A program made the translations under genes and the position numbers. From a virus, in IMG/VR virus record IMGVR_UViG_3300005253_000050, positions 29,601-93,600 of that record: DNA of 64,000 nt, one strand, 5' to 3'. Position 1 is the first letter of the stretch. Each line of letters starts with the position of its first letter. A model generated the notes under the pieces. The model made no database searches. It was not told the origin of the DNA and worked only from the letters and a program-made list of their open reading frames with translations. Below are positions 17,018-25,782 of this stretch, piece after piece.

Positions 17018-17254
17018 ATGGGTGAGAAAACAATCGAGCCGAACGCGGACGGAGTGCTCTTGGTCAAGTGCGAGTGCGGCGCCACCATCGCTAGGCACGT
17101 GCACCAGACGCCTCCAAGATCTGGTGAGTTTTTCGAGGTGCTCTGTGTGTGCTGTAAGAAGCGCCGCCACGTCTTTATGACCAGGGACGGGAAGGTGTTC
17201 TACAACTCCAGCCCGTCCGAGCCCATCAACATGGGCGGAGGGTTTGAGGGATGA
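17018..17254 (+). CDS. Hypothetical zinc-ribbon protein
   Basis: AAGGAGG RBS; CECG...CVCC. Confidence 0.65.
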   Translation: MGEKTIEPNADGVLLVKCECGATIARHVHQTPPRSGEFFEVLCVCCKKRRHVFMTRDGKVFYNSSPSEPINMGGGFEG

Positions 17255-17475
17255 GCGGCTCCGACCTTCGCCGCCTTCGGTGGGGCTTCGCGATGGACAG
17301 CGCCAGGAAGCTCGCCCGCCGTCTCGGCATCGCCCACTCCACCGTATACCGCAACGAGCAGCGCGCCCGAGTCACCGATTACGTTTCGGCCCGGGTCGCT
17401 GCGAACCCCCTCGCCTCCGCGTTCCTTCTCGGCATGACCGGGGATGCAGAGGCGGAACAACTGGAGTTGACCTGA
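17251..17475 (+). CDS. XRE/Cro-like HTH protein
   Basis: LRRLR...SARKLARRLGIAHSTVYRNE. Confidence 0.7.
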   Translation: MSGSDLRRLRWGFAMDSARKLARRLGIAHSTVYRNEQRARVTDYVSARVAANPLASAFLLGMTGDAEAEQLELT

Positions 17476-17786
17476 TGTCCAGCCGCTCACTGGAAGAAAC
17501 GGTCGAGCTGATCAATGCCTGCTACGAGCAACACCGTGAAAATGAGGCGCGCTGGGAGAAAGAGGACCGCATGGACGAAGCCGAACTGCATTATTATCGG
17601 GCAGTTCAATGCATGAACTCGGCCATCGGATCCCTCCGTAGTTCAGCCAAGTGGTGGAGCGATATTGACCAGCTGCTGATGGCTAAGTTCTGTGAAGAAA
17701 AAGCCGTCTCGCTGGAAAACGGCAAGCCGCCGATGCGAGTTGAGTTTGTGCTGGCGGCCGAACTTCTCAAGGAGCAGACCCCATGA
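17475..17786 (+). CDS. Hypothetical protein
   Basis: TGATG and ATGA overlaps. Confidence 0.6.
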   Translation: MSSRSLEETVELINACYEQHRENEARWEKEDRMDEAELHYYRAVQCMNSAIGSLRSSAKWWSDIDQLLMAKFCEEKAVSLENGKPPMRVEFVLAAELLKEQTP

Positions 17787-18688
17787 AAGACACCCGGAGC
17801 AGCAGAGAACCTCTGATCATCCACCACGCGGGGTGCGCGGACGGAATATGCGGCGCGTTGGTTTTGTGGCTCGGGCTGGGCCGTCGCGGGGCACTCCTGC
17901 CGGTTCAGTACGGGGACGCGCCGCCGGACATCAAGACCATCGAGGGCCGCGAGGTGTGGATCGTGGACTTCAGTTATCCACGGGGAATCCTCGAGGACAT
18001 GAACGCCGAGGCGTCGAACATCATGGTGCTTGATCACCACAAAACCGCGGCCGAGAACTGCGAAGGGCTGGACTTCTGCACGTTCGATTCGACCAGGAGC
18101 GGCGCGAAGATCGCCTATGATCTAATGCTTGGGTTGGGGCGTTTGCGTGGAGAGCCTCCCGACCTGGTGGACGTCCTCGGTGTCTTGGTGGCCTACGTGC
18201 AGGATCGGGACCTCTGGACCTGGGAGCTGAAAAACAGCAAGGAGATCTCGGCCTGGCTGGCGAGTTGGCCGCGGACGCTTGAGAGCTGGTACGAGCTGCT
18301 GTGCCGGGTGACCCACCTTGGTTTCGGGCGGATGGTGGGCGAAGGCCAGGCGCTCCTGCGGAACAACGACAACCTGATCAGCTCCATGGCGAAGCAGGCC
18401 GAGGCGGTGGACTGGATCCCGGAGTCCTGCCCGCCGCTGCGGGTGCTGCTGGTCAACAGCCCGGTGCTCCACTCCGAGCTCGCCGCGAAGCTCCTGGCCG
18501 CCCGCGAGTGCGACTTCGTGTGCGTCTGGCGGCGGACCAAGGACAAGTTCGTCTACAACCTGCGCTCGACCACGGTGGACGTGAGCCAGATCGCGCGGGC
18601 ACTCGGTGGGGGCGGGCACGCCAAGGCGGCCGGGTTCTCGAGCCCGTCCCGGCCCGCGCGGTTTTTCGTCACGGCGGAGAAGAGCTAG
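17783..18688 (+). CDS. DHH/DHHA1 family phosphoesterase
   Basis: IHHAGCADG, VDFSY, LDHHKT, DRDLW, LRS...GGGGHAKAAGF. Confidence 0.9.
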   Translation: MKDTRSSREPLIIHHAGCADGICGALVLWLGLGRRGALLPVQYGDAPPDIKTIEGREVWIVDFSYPRGILEDMNAEASNIMVLDHHKTAAENCEGLDFCTFDSTRSGAKIAYDLMLGLGRLRGEPPDLVDVLGVLVAYVQDRDLWTWELKNSKEISAWLASWPRTLESWYELLCRVTHLGFGRMVGEGQALLRNNDNLISSMAKQAEAVDWIPESCPPLRVLLVNSPVLHSELAAKLLAARECDFVCVWRRTKDKFVYNLRSTTVDVSQIARALGGGGHAKAAGFSSPSRPARFFVTAEKS

Positions 18689-18690
18689 CC

Positions 18691-18894
18691 ATGAAACTCA
18701 CACCGGAAAACAAGAAGCACATCGATGGGCCGGGCCAAGTCGATCTGCTCCGAAAGTGGCGGTTCGCGCCGTCTGGTGATCCATGGTTCCAGGGCGAGAC
18801 CGGGGACTACTGGGGAGAGCGGATCACTGAGCTCCGGGCCAAGAGCCCGGGCGGATACGTGGCCGCCTCGAAGCGGATCGGGTGGAGTTCATGA
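18691..18894 (+). CDS. Conserved small hypothetical protein
   Basis: LLRKWRFAPSGDPWFQGETGDY...ASKRIGW. Confidence 0.7.
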   Translation: MKLTPENKKHIDGPGQVDLLRKWRFAPSGDPWFQGETGDYWGERITELRAKSPGGYVAASKRIGWSS

Positions 18895-19346
18895 CGACCT
18901 GCACCTACTGCGGAGGGCCCGGCGCCCCGAACCCCAGGGTGATGTGCTCGGCCTGCATTGACAGATTCATGGCCGCGACTGCCTCGCCCCCGCTGTCAGA
19001 AGAGAGTGCAGCCAAGCTCAACAAGTTTTTAGAGGACACCATGCCACGATCCAAAGACGCCATCATGATCTACGACGACCTCGAGGCCGACTGTCCGGTG
19101 GAGCCCGGGATGCGCGAGAAGATGCTGGAGCACTACGATTCCATCATGGCCACCGTTCCACCTGGCGCCGTCCAGGTGTTTGTGTGCGGCCCGAGCACCA
19201 GCCCGTGCGGCCCCAACCGCGACGACCACGTCTGGGACGACGAGGTGGAGTTCACCGACAGCGCGGGCAAGAATTGCGGCGGCTCGGTGGCGTGCTCGAG
19301 GTGCGGGTTGCCCGCGATGGACTACGACATCTGGAACGCCCCATGA
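18891..19346 (+). CDS. Hypothetical Cys-rich protein
   Basis: CTYC, CSAC and CSRC motifs; ATGA overlaps. Confidence 0.65.
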   Translation: MTTCTYCGGPGAPNPRVMCSACIDRFMAATASPPLSEESAAKLNKFLEDTMPRSKDAIMIYDDLEADCPVEPGMREKMLEHYDSIMATVPPGAVQVFVCGPSTSPCGPNRDDHVWDDEVEFTDSAGKNCGGSVACSRCGLPAMDYDIWNAP

Positions 19347-19579
19347 AAAAGCCTCGCCCACCCCGCCCCGGGCAGGTCTACTGGAACGAGCGCAACAAGA
19401 GCATGGCAACCATCTACGAGGTGAGCGACGGGATGATCCGTGCGACCGTCTCCCAGGTTGATGACCAGGCCCGACCGCGTATCAAGCCCCCTCGCCGGTT
19501 CTTTTCCATCGCCTGGCGGCAGGGCGTCCCGGAGCACTGCACGCTGCAATACGATCCGCCCAAGAGGAACGGCGAATGA
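19343..19579 (+). CDS. Hypothetical protein
   Basis: ATGA overlaps at both ends. Confidence 0.6.
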   Translation: MKKPRPPRPGQVYWNERNKSMATIYEVSDGMIRATVSQVDDQARPRIKPPRRFFSIAWRQGVPEHCTLQYDPPKRNGE

Positions 19580-20094
19580 CGACGGCCCTCGCGATCCGAC
19601 CGACCCCGCCCGTGATCGAGTTCCGTCGTTGCACCGGGCACTGCTGCGATCCGGTCACCATCCAAGCCGGGCCCTACTACCACCTCCGCCGCGTCTTTGA
19701 TGGAATGGTCGGTGACGTGGAGTGGATTGCAGACAACCTGATTTATGTCGGGTGGCGTTCGCCGGCGAACGGAGGGTGGGTCGAGCGCGGGAATCACGAA
19801 TACAGCTGCCCTCACTTTGACAAGCGCGACCGCCGGTGTCTCATCTACGGCCAAGGCAAGCGCTCGTTGATGTGCCGCACTCACCCCAATTATGGGCGCG
19901 GGCCGTGGAAGGTGTGCCTGCACGAAGGCTGCACCCGGCGGACGATGGTGCTCGACATGAACACCCGGGGCATGCCTCGCTGGCTGTTCCCCGACCTTTG
20001 GAACGAGGACTGGGACCGCTGGGTGGCCTTCGAGGAGGACGTCTGCCGGCCCGAGTGGGGCGCCGACGCAATGCCGCCGGGCCATGACGAATAG
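19576..20094 (+). CDS. YkgJ-like Cys-cluster (zinc/Fe-S binding) protein
   Basis: CTGHCC...CPHFD...CLIY...R..MCR.HP pattern. Confidence 0.65.
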   Translation: MTTALAIRPTPPVIEFRRCTGHCCDPVTIQAGPYYHLRRVFDGMVGDVEWIADNLIYVGWRSPANGGWVERGNHEYSCPHFDKRDRRCLIYGQGKRSLMCRTHPNYGRGPWKVCLHEGCTRRTMVLDMNTRGMPRWLFPDLWNEDWDRWVAFEEDVCRPEWGADAMPPGHDE

Positions 20095-20103
20095 AGGAGA
20101 ACG

Positions 20104-20388
20104 ATGACAAGAAGCTGGATCAACGCCGTCCGCAGGTTATTGAAGTGCAGGAAGCTCAAGCCAGGCGAGAAGATAGGCGCGCGCCTCCGCATCCCGGATC
20201 CACCCCCGCCGAAACAGCGCCCCCCAGAGTACTGGCAGCCCGCGCCCGACGGAACAAAGGTCGAGGAGACCACGACCGTCGAGCATGAGGGTGGACGCGT
20301 TCGCGTCACCACTGGGCAGATAATCACGACACCCGACGGGGAACGATTCCCCGGGCGGGTGGACGTCGAAGAGGGAACGGAGCACTAG
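20104..20388 (+). CDS. Hypothetical protein
   Basis: GAGGAG RBS. Confidence 0.6.
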   Translation: MTRSWINAVRRLLKCRKLKPGEKIGARLRIPDPPPPKQRPPEYWQPAPDGTKVEETTTVEHEGGRVRVTTGQIITTPDGERFPGRVDVEEGTEH

Positions 20389-20706
20389 ATGCCTATCGAC
20401 TTCGATTCCATCGACTACAAGATCAATAGCTTCCTGGACTTCTGGGAAAAGTCCGGGCGGGATCCGGACGAGCTGCGCGTCGACAATTGGCAGATCCACA
20501 CCCCGGGTTGCGCGGGCGACTTCGGGTGCTGCTCGAAAAGCTACGACCTGGCCACGCTGGTCGACGCGCTCTACGAATTGACCGGGCGGAAAGAGCCGCC
20601 ATTCAAAAAGAAGGAGAGAAGAGATGCCGAAACTGACCCGGATTCGAACTGCCAAGCTGACGCTGTCGAAACACCGCCGGATGGTGATGTGCCGGCGGGT
20701 GCTTGA
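20389..20706 (+). CDS. Hypothetical protein
   Basis: Starts right after the previous stop; overlaps the next ORF by about 80 nt. Confidence 0.5.
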   Translation: MPIDFDSIDYKINSFLDFWEKSGRDPDELRVDNWQIHTPGCAGDFGCCSKSYDLATLVDALYELTGRKEPPFKKKERRDAETDPDSNCQADAVETPPDGDVPAGA

Positions 20707-20887
20707 GAAGGTGGCCGCCGGTTTTTCCTACATGGACGCCCTCGCCAAGGTGATCTCGAAGCACAAGATCCTGGGCGGCGACATGCTGGCGCTGACCAAG
20801 GACGTCTTCCGCTTGGCTGTGCGCCGCCGGCAGCTGACCAAGAAAAAGTCGCGCGCGATCATGGCTGAGGTCCTGGGGACAGGATGA
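20624..20887 (+). CDS. Basic hypothetical protein
   Basis: AAGGAG RBS; ATGA overlap with the next gene. Confidence 0.55.
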   Translation: MPKLTRIRTAKLTLSKHRRMVMCRRVLEKVAAGFSYMDALAKVISKHKILGGDMLALTKDVFRLAVRRRQLTKKKSRAIMAEVLGTG

Positions 20888-21153
20888 AGTGCCCTCGGTG
20901 CAAACTCTATCACTCCTGGGCGTGGACCAGGGATGGACGACTGGGGGATCCACCGTTTGAGGAAGAGTGCAACGACGACGAAGGCGGCGGTCACTTTGAG
21001 TTGGTGGATCACGACCTGTTCCACATCGACGGCGTGAAGATGTTTCGCTGCGTGTCTTGCGGATCCACCACCTTCACCGCTGGCCAGGCGGCCTACCAGA
21101 CGGTCCTGAAATGCGTTCGTTGCGGATGGGAGGCGACGGTCCACGACGGTTGA
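20884..21153 (+). CDS. Zinc-ribbon protein
   Basis: CPRC, CVSCG and CVRCG motifs. Confidence 0.65.
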   Translation: MKCPRCKLYHSWAWTRDGRLGDPPFEEECNDDEGGGHFELVDHDLFHIDGVKMFRCVSCGSTTFTAGQAAYQTVLKCVRCGWEATVHDG

Positions 21154-21177
21154 CACCGCCGCCCGATCTCCCATACT
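21150..21177 (+). promoter_or_regulatory. Sigma70-like promoter, probably for the terminase operon
   Basis: TTGACA-N16-CATACT; ATG 6 nt after the -10 box. Confidence 0.55.
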
Positions 21178-21183
21178 CGGCCG

Positions 21184-21363
21184 ATGTCGTTCTCTCAATA
21201 CAGAATAATTTACAAAGTCGGATCTCTCGAGTTCACATGGATTCGATCTGGGACGTCCAGGGATCGGGTCGTCGAGCTCGCAGAACGCGCGCTTAAAGAC
21301 GCGCATCACGGCAACGCGGAGCTGGTCTCCGTGGAGCGCCTGGAGGCACATAATGGCAGATGA
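21184..21363 (+). CDS. 59-aa hypothetical protein, probably leaderless, absent from the ORF track
   Basis: MSFSQYRIIYKVG...LEAHNGR; no RBS, ATG at the predicted +1. Confidence 0.55.
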   Translation: MSFSQYRIIYKVGSLEFTWIRSGTSRDRVVELAERALKDAHHGNAELVSVERLEAHNGR

Positions 21364-21673
21364 AAAAGAAACAGACACCACCGAGCCGGTGGACGAACTA
21401 CAGGCGCTCGAGGATATCGAATCTCGATTGGCCGACGTGCAAACCCGCCTCGCCACCCTGCTGCAGCAGTTGGCCGACGGAAAATCCATCGGTGGCGCCC
21501 TCGTTGGCTACCCTGGGCCATGGACGGCCGAGCGGCGGCAGGAGTTCGAGGCGATCGTAAAGAGCCACGACAAGACCACAGGGTCGCTGTGGGAGGCCCT
21601 CAGCGAGGCGGGCTACGAGGTGATCGAGCTGCCCGAGGCCGTTTACGGCGCGCTGAGCCCAGAAACCAGATGA
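21353..21673 (+). CDS. Hypothetical coiled-coil protein
   Basis: GGAGG RBS. Confidence 0.7.
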   Translation: MADEKETDTTEPVDELQALEDIESRLADVQTRLATLLQQLADGKSIGGALVGYPGPWTAERRQEFEAIVKSHDKTTGSLWEALSEAGYEVIELPEAVYGALSPETR

Positions 21674-21909
21674 CTCCCGCGGAGCACATCCATGGATCCC
21701 TGACCGCGGCCCTGGCCCTCAGGCTCGCCGGCAAGCCTGGCCGTTCGGCCGCCTTCGTGCTCGCTGCCGCCGTCCCGGTGCTCACGGGCCGGATCGATTG
21801 GGCTGGGGTCCAGGTGGTGGCCTCGGGGTGGCTATCCATGGCCACAGAAAACGTGATAACCTCGGGGCATGCCCAGGCCCCGATCAAAGACCCCCCGCGG
21901 CCACGCTGA
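21670..21909 (+). CDS. Hypothetical hydrophobic protein
   Basis: ATGA overlap; fills the gap before terL. Confidence 0.45.
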   Translation: MTPAEHIHGSLTAALALRLAGKPGRSAAFVLAAAVPVLTGRIDWAGVQVVASGWLSMATENVITSGHAQAPIKDPPRPR

Positions 21910-23569
21910 TATTTCCCTGCCGACCGTCCCCCCGCCCCAGCTCGCGGACGCCAAGAAGCTGAAAGAGCAGCACGTCGAGGCGGCGCGGGAGGACATCAAC
22001 GCCTTCATCGAGTACGTCTTCGAGCACTACGACAAGAACACGAAAAAGACACGGCCGTTTGTCCAGGGGTGGATGCATAAGCAGTGGCAGGCACTGATGT
22101 CTAACCACTCGAGATTGTTGATAATTGCGCCGAGGAGCCACGGGAAAACCTCGCAATGTATCGCCCGGGCCCTCTACGAGCTCGGTCGCGATCCCAACCA
22201 CCTGATCAAAATCATTTCGCAGAGTGATGCCAAGGCCGTCAAGCGCCTCTCGATGATCCGCGCGCATATGAAGGACAACAAGCGGCTGCACGACGTGTTC
22301 CCGCACCTGAAGCTCGACGAGCTCACCGAGGCCAACAAGCACCAGGTCACCGTGAAGAGATCCGCGCGGATGGCCGACCCGTCCATCGAGGCCCTCGGAA
22401 TCACGAGCAGCGCCTCCGGCGACCGAGCCACGATCCTCCTGGCCGACGACGTGGTGGACCGGCGCAACTCGATCACATTGCCGAAAGTTCGCCAGCAGAT
22501 CAAGGACGCCTGGGACGACTGGGTCAACTTATTGGGAGGCGACGGCGGACAGATTTGGTACATCGCCACCCTCTGGCACCAGGCCGCGCTGACCCACGAC
22601 CTCATGGCCAATCCCGAGTGGGCGGTGGCGTGGTACGAGATTACTAAGGCGATGGGGTGCTACGTCAAGATCCCCGACGGGCGCGAGCACAAGGCCGACT
22701 ATCCGCTCTGGGGGTGGGATCCACAGTGCAAGGTGCACCCGAGCCCCGATGAGTCCGTCCCGGTCGAACCGCCCCCCGAGCCAGCGATGAACAGCGTGAC
22801 GTGCCACTGCGGCCCGTGGACGACGCGCAAGCTGCAGCGTCGCCGCCGCGAGCTGGGCCCGCGGAAGTTCGCCCGCGGGTTTTCCAACCGGCCGATGTCT
22901 GAGGGCGAGTTGAAGATCGACCCTGACTGGATTCGTACCTACACCGAAGAGCCAGGCGACGACTGGTTCTGGTACGTCAGCCTCGACACCGCGGAATCCC
23001 AGGGCCAGCAGGCCGCTTGGACGGGGGTCGTGATTGCGGCAGTGAACCCGGCGAACGGGCACCTGAGAATTTGGGACGCGTTCCACGTCAAGATGAAGTT
23101 TCCCGACCGAGTGAAGCTGGTGATCGATCTCTACAACGAGCACCTTCCGGAGCTGGTCATAATCGAGCGCGCCGGCGGCGGCATCTCGTTGTCGGAGCAT
23201 CTCATCGAAAACACCTCGATCCCGATCTTCGGGATGCCGACGAAGACCAAAGGCGGCCACTCGAAAGATGAGCGCCTGGAGTCGACCACGCCCAGGTTGG
23301 CCAACGGGCAGATCACATTCGCCCCCGAGCTGGATCCCACGGAGGGCCTCGTCGGCCTCGACCGCGGCGACCTGCTCTCGGAGCTGCTCGAGTGGGGATC
23401 CTACCCCACGAAGGACATCGCGGACGCGTTCGCGCATTTGGCGCGCTACTGTGCTATCAAACACCCATGCGCGTGGGACGAGGGCCCCGACGGAGTGCAC
23501 GCCGGGATGAGCCTGGCGAGCCGGCGGGCGCGCGATGACGACTGCATGACCGTTACCCTGATTGGCTGA
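21869..23569 (+). CDS. terL: Terminase large subunit
   Basis: Walker A IIAPRSHGKTS, Walker B ILLADD, coupling motif IATLWH, RNase H-like nuclease SLDTA...IIER...KDIADA. Confidence 0.93.
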   Translation: MPRPRSKTPRGHADISLPTVPPPQLADAKKLKEQHVEAAREDINAFIEYVFEHYDKNTKKTRPFVQGWMHKQWQALMSNHSRLLIIAPRSHGKTSQCIARALYELGRDPNHLIKIISQSDAKAVKRLSMIRAHMKDNKRLHDVFPHLKLDELTEANKHQVTVKRSARMADPSIEALGITSSASGDRATILLADDVVDRRNSITLPKVRQQIKDAWDDWVNLLGGDGGQIWYIATLWHQAALTHDLMANPEWAVAWYEITKAMGCYVKIPDGREHKADYPLWGWDPQCKVHPSPDESVPVEPPPEPAMNSVTCHCGPWTTRKLQRRRRELGPRKFARGFSNRPMSEGELKIDPDWIRTYTEEPGDDWFWYVSLDTAESQGQQAAWTGVVIAAVNPANGHLRIWDAFHVKMKFPDRVKLVIDLYNEHLPELVIIERAGGGISLSEHLIENTSIPIFGMPTKTKGGHSKDERLESTTPRLANGQITFAPELDPTEGLVGLDRGDLLSELLEWGSYPTKDIADAFAHLARYCAIKHPCAWDEGPDGVHAGMSLASRRARDDDCMTVTLIG

Positions 23570-23572
23570 ACA

Positions 23573-23908
23573 ATGAACCCCTGGATCCCCATTGCCGTCT
23601 CCATCTCCTCCTCTGTCATCATGGCGCTGATCGGCTTCATCGTGAAACGAGAACTGGGTCGCGTCGCATCCGACACTGCCGATCTCAAGAAGGCCAACGC
23701 GGCCGAGGCGAAGGAGCGGAAGGAGGCGTTGGAAAAGATGGCGGCCGACACCAAGGCCTTCACGCAGGCCTGCGACGACAAATACCTGAGCAAGGAGCTC
23801 TTTAACAGCCTGGAGGTATCTCGCAAAGAAGTTGACCAACTTCGGCGCGAGGCCGACGGGCGACTGGAGGGCCTGATTAAAGACCTCATTTCAAGGCACG
23901 GAGGGTAA
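23573..23908 (+). CDS. Membrane-anchored coiled-coil protein (holin/XhlA-like candidate)
   Basis: N-terminal transmembrane helix followed by a charged coiled coil. Confidence 0.55.
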   Translation: MNPWIPIAVSISSSVIMALIGFIVKRELGRVASDTADLKKANAAEAKERKEALEKMAADTKAFTQACDDKYLSKELFNSLEVSRKEVDQLRREADGRLEGLIKDLISRHGG

Positions 23909-23909
23909 G

Positions 23910-24395
23910 GTGGAGCACAGCGTGACAGGAAAGATAAACCTCCTGGCGACCATAGCGCCGTCGTCGGTGAGGGAGATCAGGGCGACCAGACGGATGAACC
24001 AGCTGAAGGGCCAGGCGAGCGATACGCTCGAGGGGCTGCTCCGGCCGCTGGTGCTGGTGGTGGACGACGACAAGGAGTTCCGCGGCATCCTTCATGCCCA
24101 CCTCCAGGCATCGGAGCTATGCAGGGCGGTGGCGGTCGCGTCGGCGACAGAGGCGCTGGGCGTGCTCACGCGCGACCCGGTGCAGCTGGTGGTGACCGAC
24201 TTCCACATGCCGGTGATGGATGGGGTGGCGCTCCTGCGCGTGGTCAAGAAACGGTGGCCGGGGGTGATCCGGGTGCTGATGTCTGGGAGTCACGCCTCGG
24301 CGGTCCCAAGGAACGAGCTGATGGCGAAGTTCCTCCGGAAGCACGAGAGCCTGATGGTGATGACGGACGCCTTGCTAGGGCTGATCCCGATCTGA
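23910..24395 (+). CDS. Single-domain response regulator (receiver/CheY-like)
   Basis: VLVVDDD, VVTDFHMPVMDG (phosphoacceptor Asp), LMSG, FLRK. Confidence 0.88.
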   Translation: MEHSVTGKINLLATIAPSSVREIRATRRMNQLKGQASDTLEGLLRPLVLVVDDDKEFRGILHAHLQASELCRAVAVASATEALGVLTRDPVQLVVTDFHMPVMDGVALLRVVKKRWPGVIRVLMSGSHASAVPRNELMAKFLRKHESLMVMTDALLGLIPI

Positions 24396-24752
24396 CCCGA
24401 CGTCCAGCGCATCCATCATGGCATTGAGTCGGGTTTCGCAGCCCGGGCAGTAGCCGTGAGAAATTCCGGGCCCGCTGTGTTCTGCGGTCGGGCCGATAGA
24501 GCCTCCGCACTCCGCGCAGAGCCTCGCGCCTATGAAGTGGCCCACCACCAGCTCGAGGTAGGCGCGGCAGCGCGCGGTGTCTCCTATGGCGCACATCTGC
24601 CCCGCGTGCACGTGCACGGCCGCGCGTAGAACTCTGAGCCGGTCCATCTCCGCCTCGGGCACGTCGGCGAGCTCGTCTTGAATCCACTCCATCATCCGCG
24701 GGTCGAGATTGAAGTCGAAGGTGAAGCCCGTCTTGGGGTCCTTGGATTTCAT
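24375..24752 (-). CDS. Hypothetical protein with C-terminal Cys4 motif
   Basis: Repeated RBS element; CAEC...SHGYCPGC. Confidence 0.7.
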   Translation of the reverse strand: MKSKDPKTGFTFDFNLDPRMMEWIQDELADVPEAEMDRLRVLRAAVHVHAGQMCAIGDTARCRAYLELVVGHFIGARLCAECGGSIGPTAEHSGPGISHGYCPGCETRLNAMMDALDVGSDRDQP

Positions 24753-24976
24753 CGTCCTGCCTCCTGCGTTGTGGTGTCGATTATATTCTCGGGATCAGTT
24801 GCTCCACGCTTGCGCAACTCGGATCTGCACCATTTGACCACCTCGGCTTGGGTGTCGAATTCTGGGCTCAAGTCACGCATGCCGAATCGGTTGGTTTCGT
24901 CCATGTAGATCACACCGATCCAGCAGTCGACGTTTTCCAGGGTGCATTTTTGGGCGTTGTGAAATTTGGCGATCAT
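24749..24976 (-). CDS. Small hypothetical protein
   Basis: Bounded by two identical CAGGAGGCAGGACGATG elements. Confidence 0.7.
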   Translation of the reverse strand: MIAKFHNAQKCTLENVDCWIGVIYMDETNRFGMRDLSPEFDTQAEVVKWCRSELRKRGATDPENIIDTTTQEAGR

Positions 24977-25040
24977 CGTCCTGCCTCCTGTGGTTCCCGC
25001 CGTTGCTTTGATGCTACGCCCGTGGCGCGGCGGGATATTG

Positions 25041-25349
25041 CTACGCCTGCCAGGAACCGTACCACGTGCCGCTGCCCCCGTGCACCGTGTCAGCGACTCC
25101 CCATCGTGCGCCGCCGTCTCTGGTGGACTCATGCTCGGCAATGTCGATCAATAGGCCCATATCGCCATCAAGCACATCGTCTGCAATGTCTGCGGCCGAC
25201 ATGCGACCGTGCTCCTGCAAATACGCATTGACGCGGTTGGTCGGGCGCTTGGCGGCCGCCTCTGCAAGGGCGGGAAACGAAAAGGACTCGGTCGGCCTGA
25301 TAGTATTGGCGGTCATGATGCTTGCTCCGTTGTTTGTTGTTGCGTCCAT
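25041..25349 (-). CDS. Hypothetical protein (leaderless start 25349 or RBS-led start 25316)
   Basis: Follows repeated promoter copy 2; MDATT leader is in frame. Confidence 0.65.
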   Translation of the reverse strand: MDATTNNGASIMTANTIRPTESFSFPALAEAAAKRPTNRVNAYLQEHGRMSAADIADDVLDGDMGLLIDIAEHESTRDGGARWGVADTVHGGSGTWYGSWQA

Positions 25350-25409
25350 GATTATTTATTACACATTATGCGAAGTATGCAAGGGCTTAATCGCATAAAG
25401 TGCGATTAA
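25314..25409 (-). promoter_or_regulatory. Repeated promoter/leader copy 2 with operator-like palindrome
   Basis: TTGCAT at 25382-25377; palindrome TTAATCGCA-TAAAG-TGCGATTAA at 25387-25409. Confidence 0.75.
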
Positions 25410-25470
25410 TATCAGGCCCCACCACAAAAGATCCAAGATAACGGCATCTTGCAACCGAAGAAAAAAACGA

Positions 25471-25782
25471 TCAGCTCGCGCGAAACACCCGAATCATCTC
25501 GGCAATCCCGAGCAGAGCAGGCGCCTGCGGGCCCTTGGCGGGTTTGTCTTTGGCACCGTAAGCCAGCGCCGCCAGGCGCTGGAGCACCGCCGGCCGTACC
25601 CAGAGGAATTGTGTGCGCGCGCCGGCGGTGTCCGCTGGCCACCCCTTGGCAATGGCGGCCAGCGCCGCCTCATCGCCGTCCAGGGCGGCCGCCAGCAGGT
25701 CGGTGGGGCGACGCGCCCGGGTGACCCACCGAGCCTCGTCAAGCGCCGCTGCGCATGCTTCGGTCAGTGAGATTCTAGACAT
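25471..25782 (-). CDS. Hypothetical protein
   Basis: GGGAG RBS; overlaps the upstream ORF. Confidence 0.6.
   Translation of the reverse strand: MSRISLTEACAAALDEARWVTRARRPTDLLAAALDGDEAALAAIAKGWPADTAGARTQFLWVRPAVLQRLAALAYGAKDKPAKGPQAPALLGIAEMIRVFRAS

Noticed and set aside
22712-22816. Intein in TerL or in the polyprotein
   Set aside because: The insert is too short, and no N-terminal Cys/Ser block with a His-Asn splice junction or LAGLIDADG motif was found.
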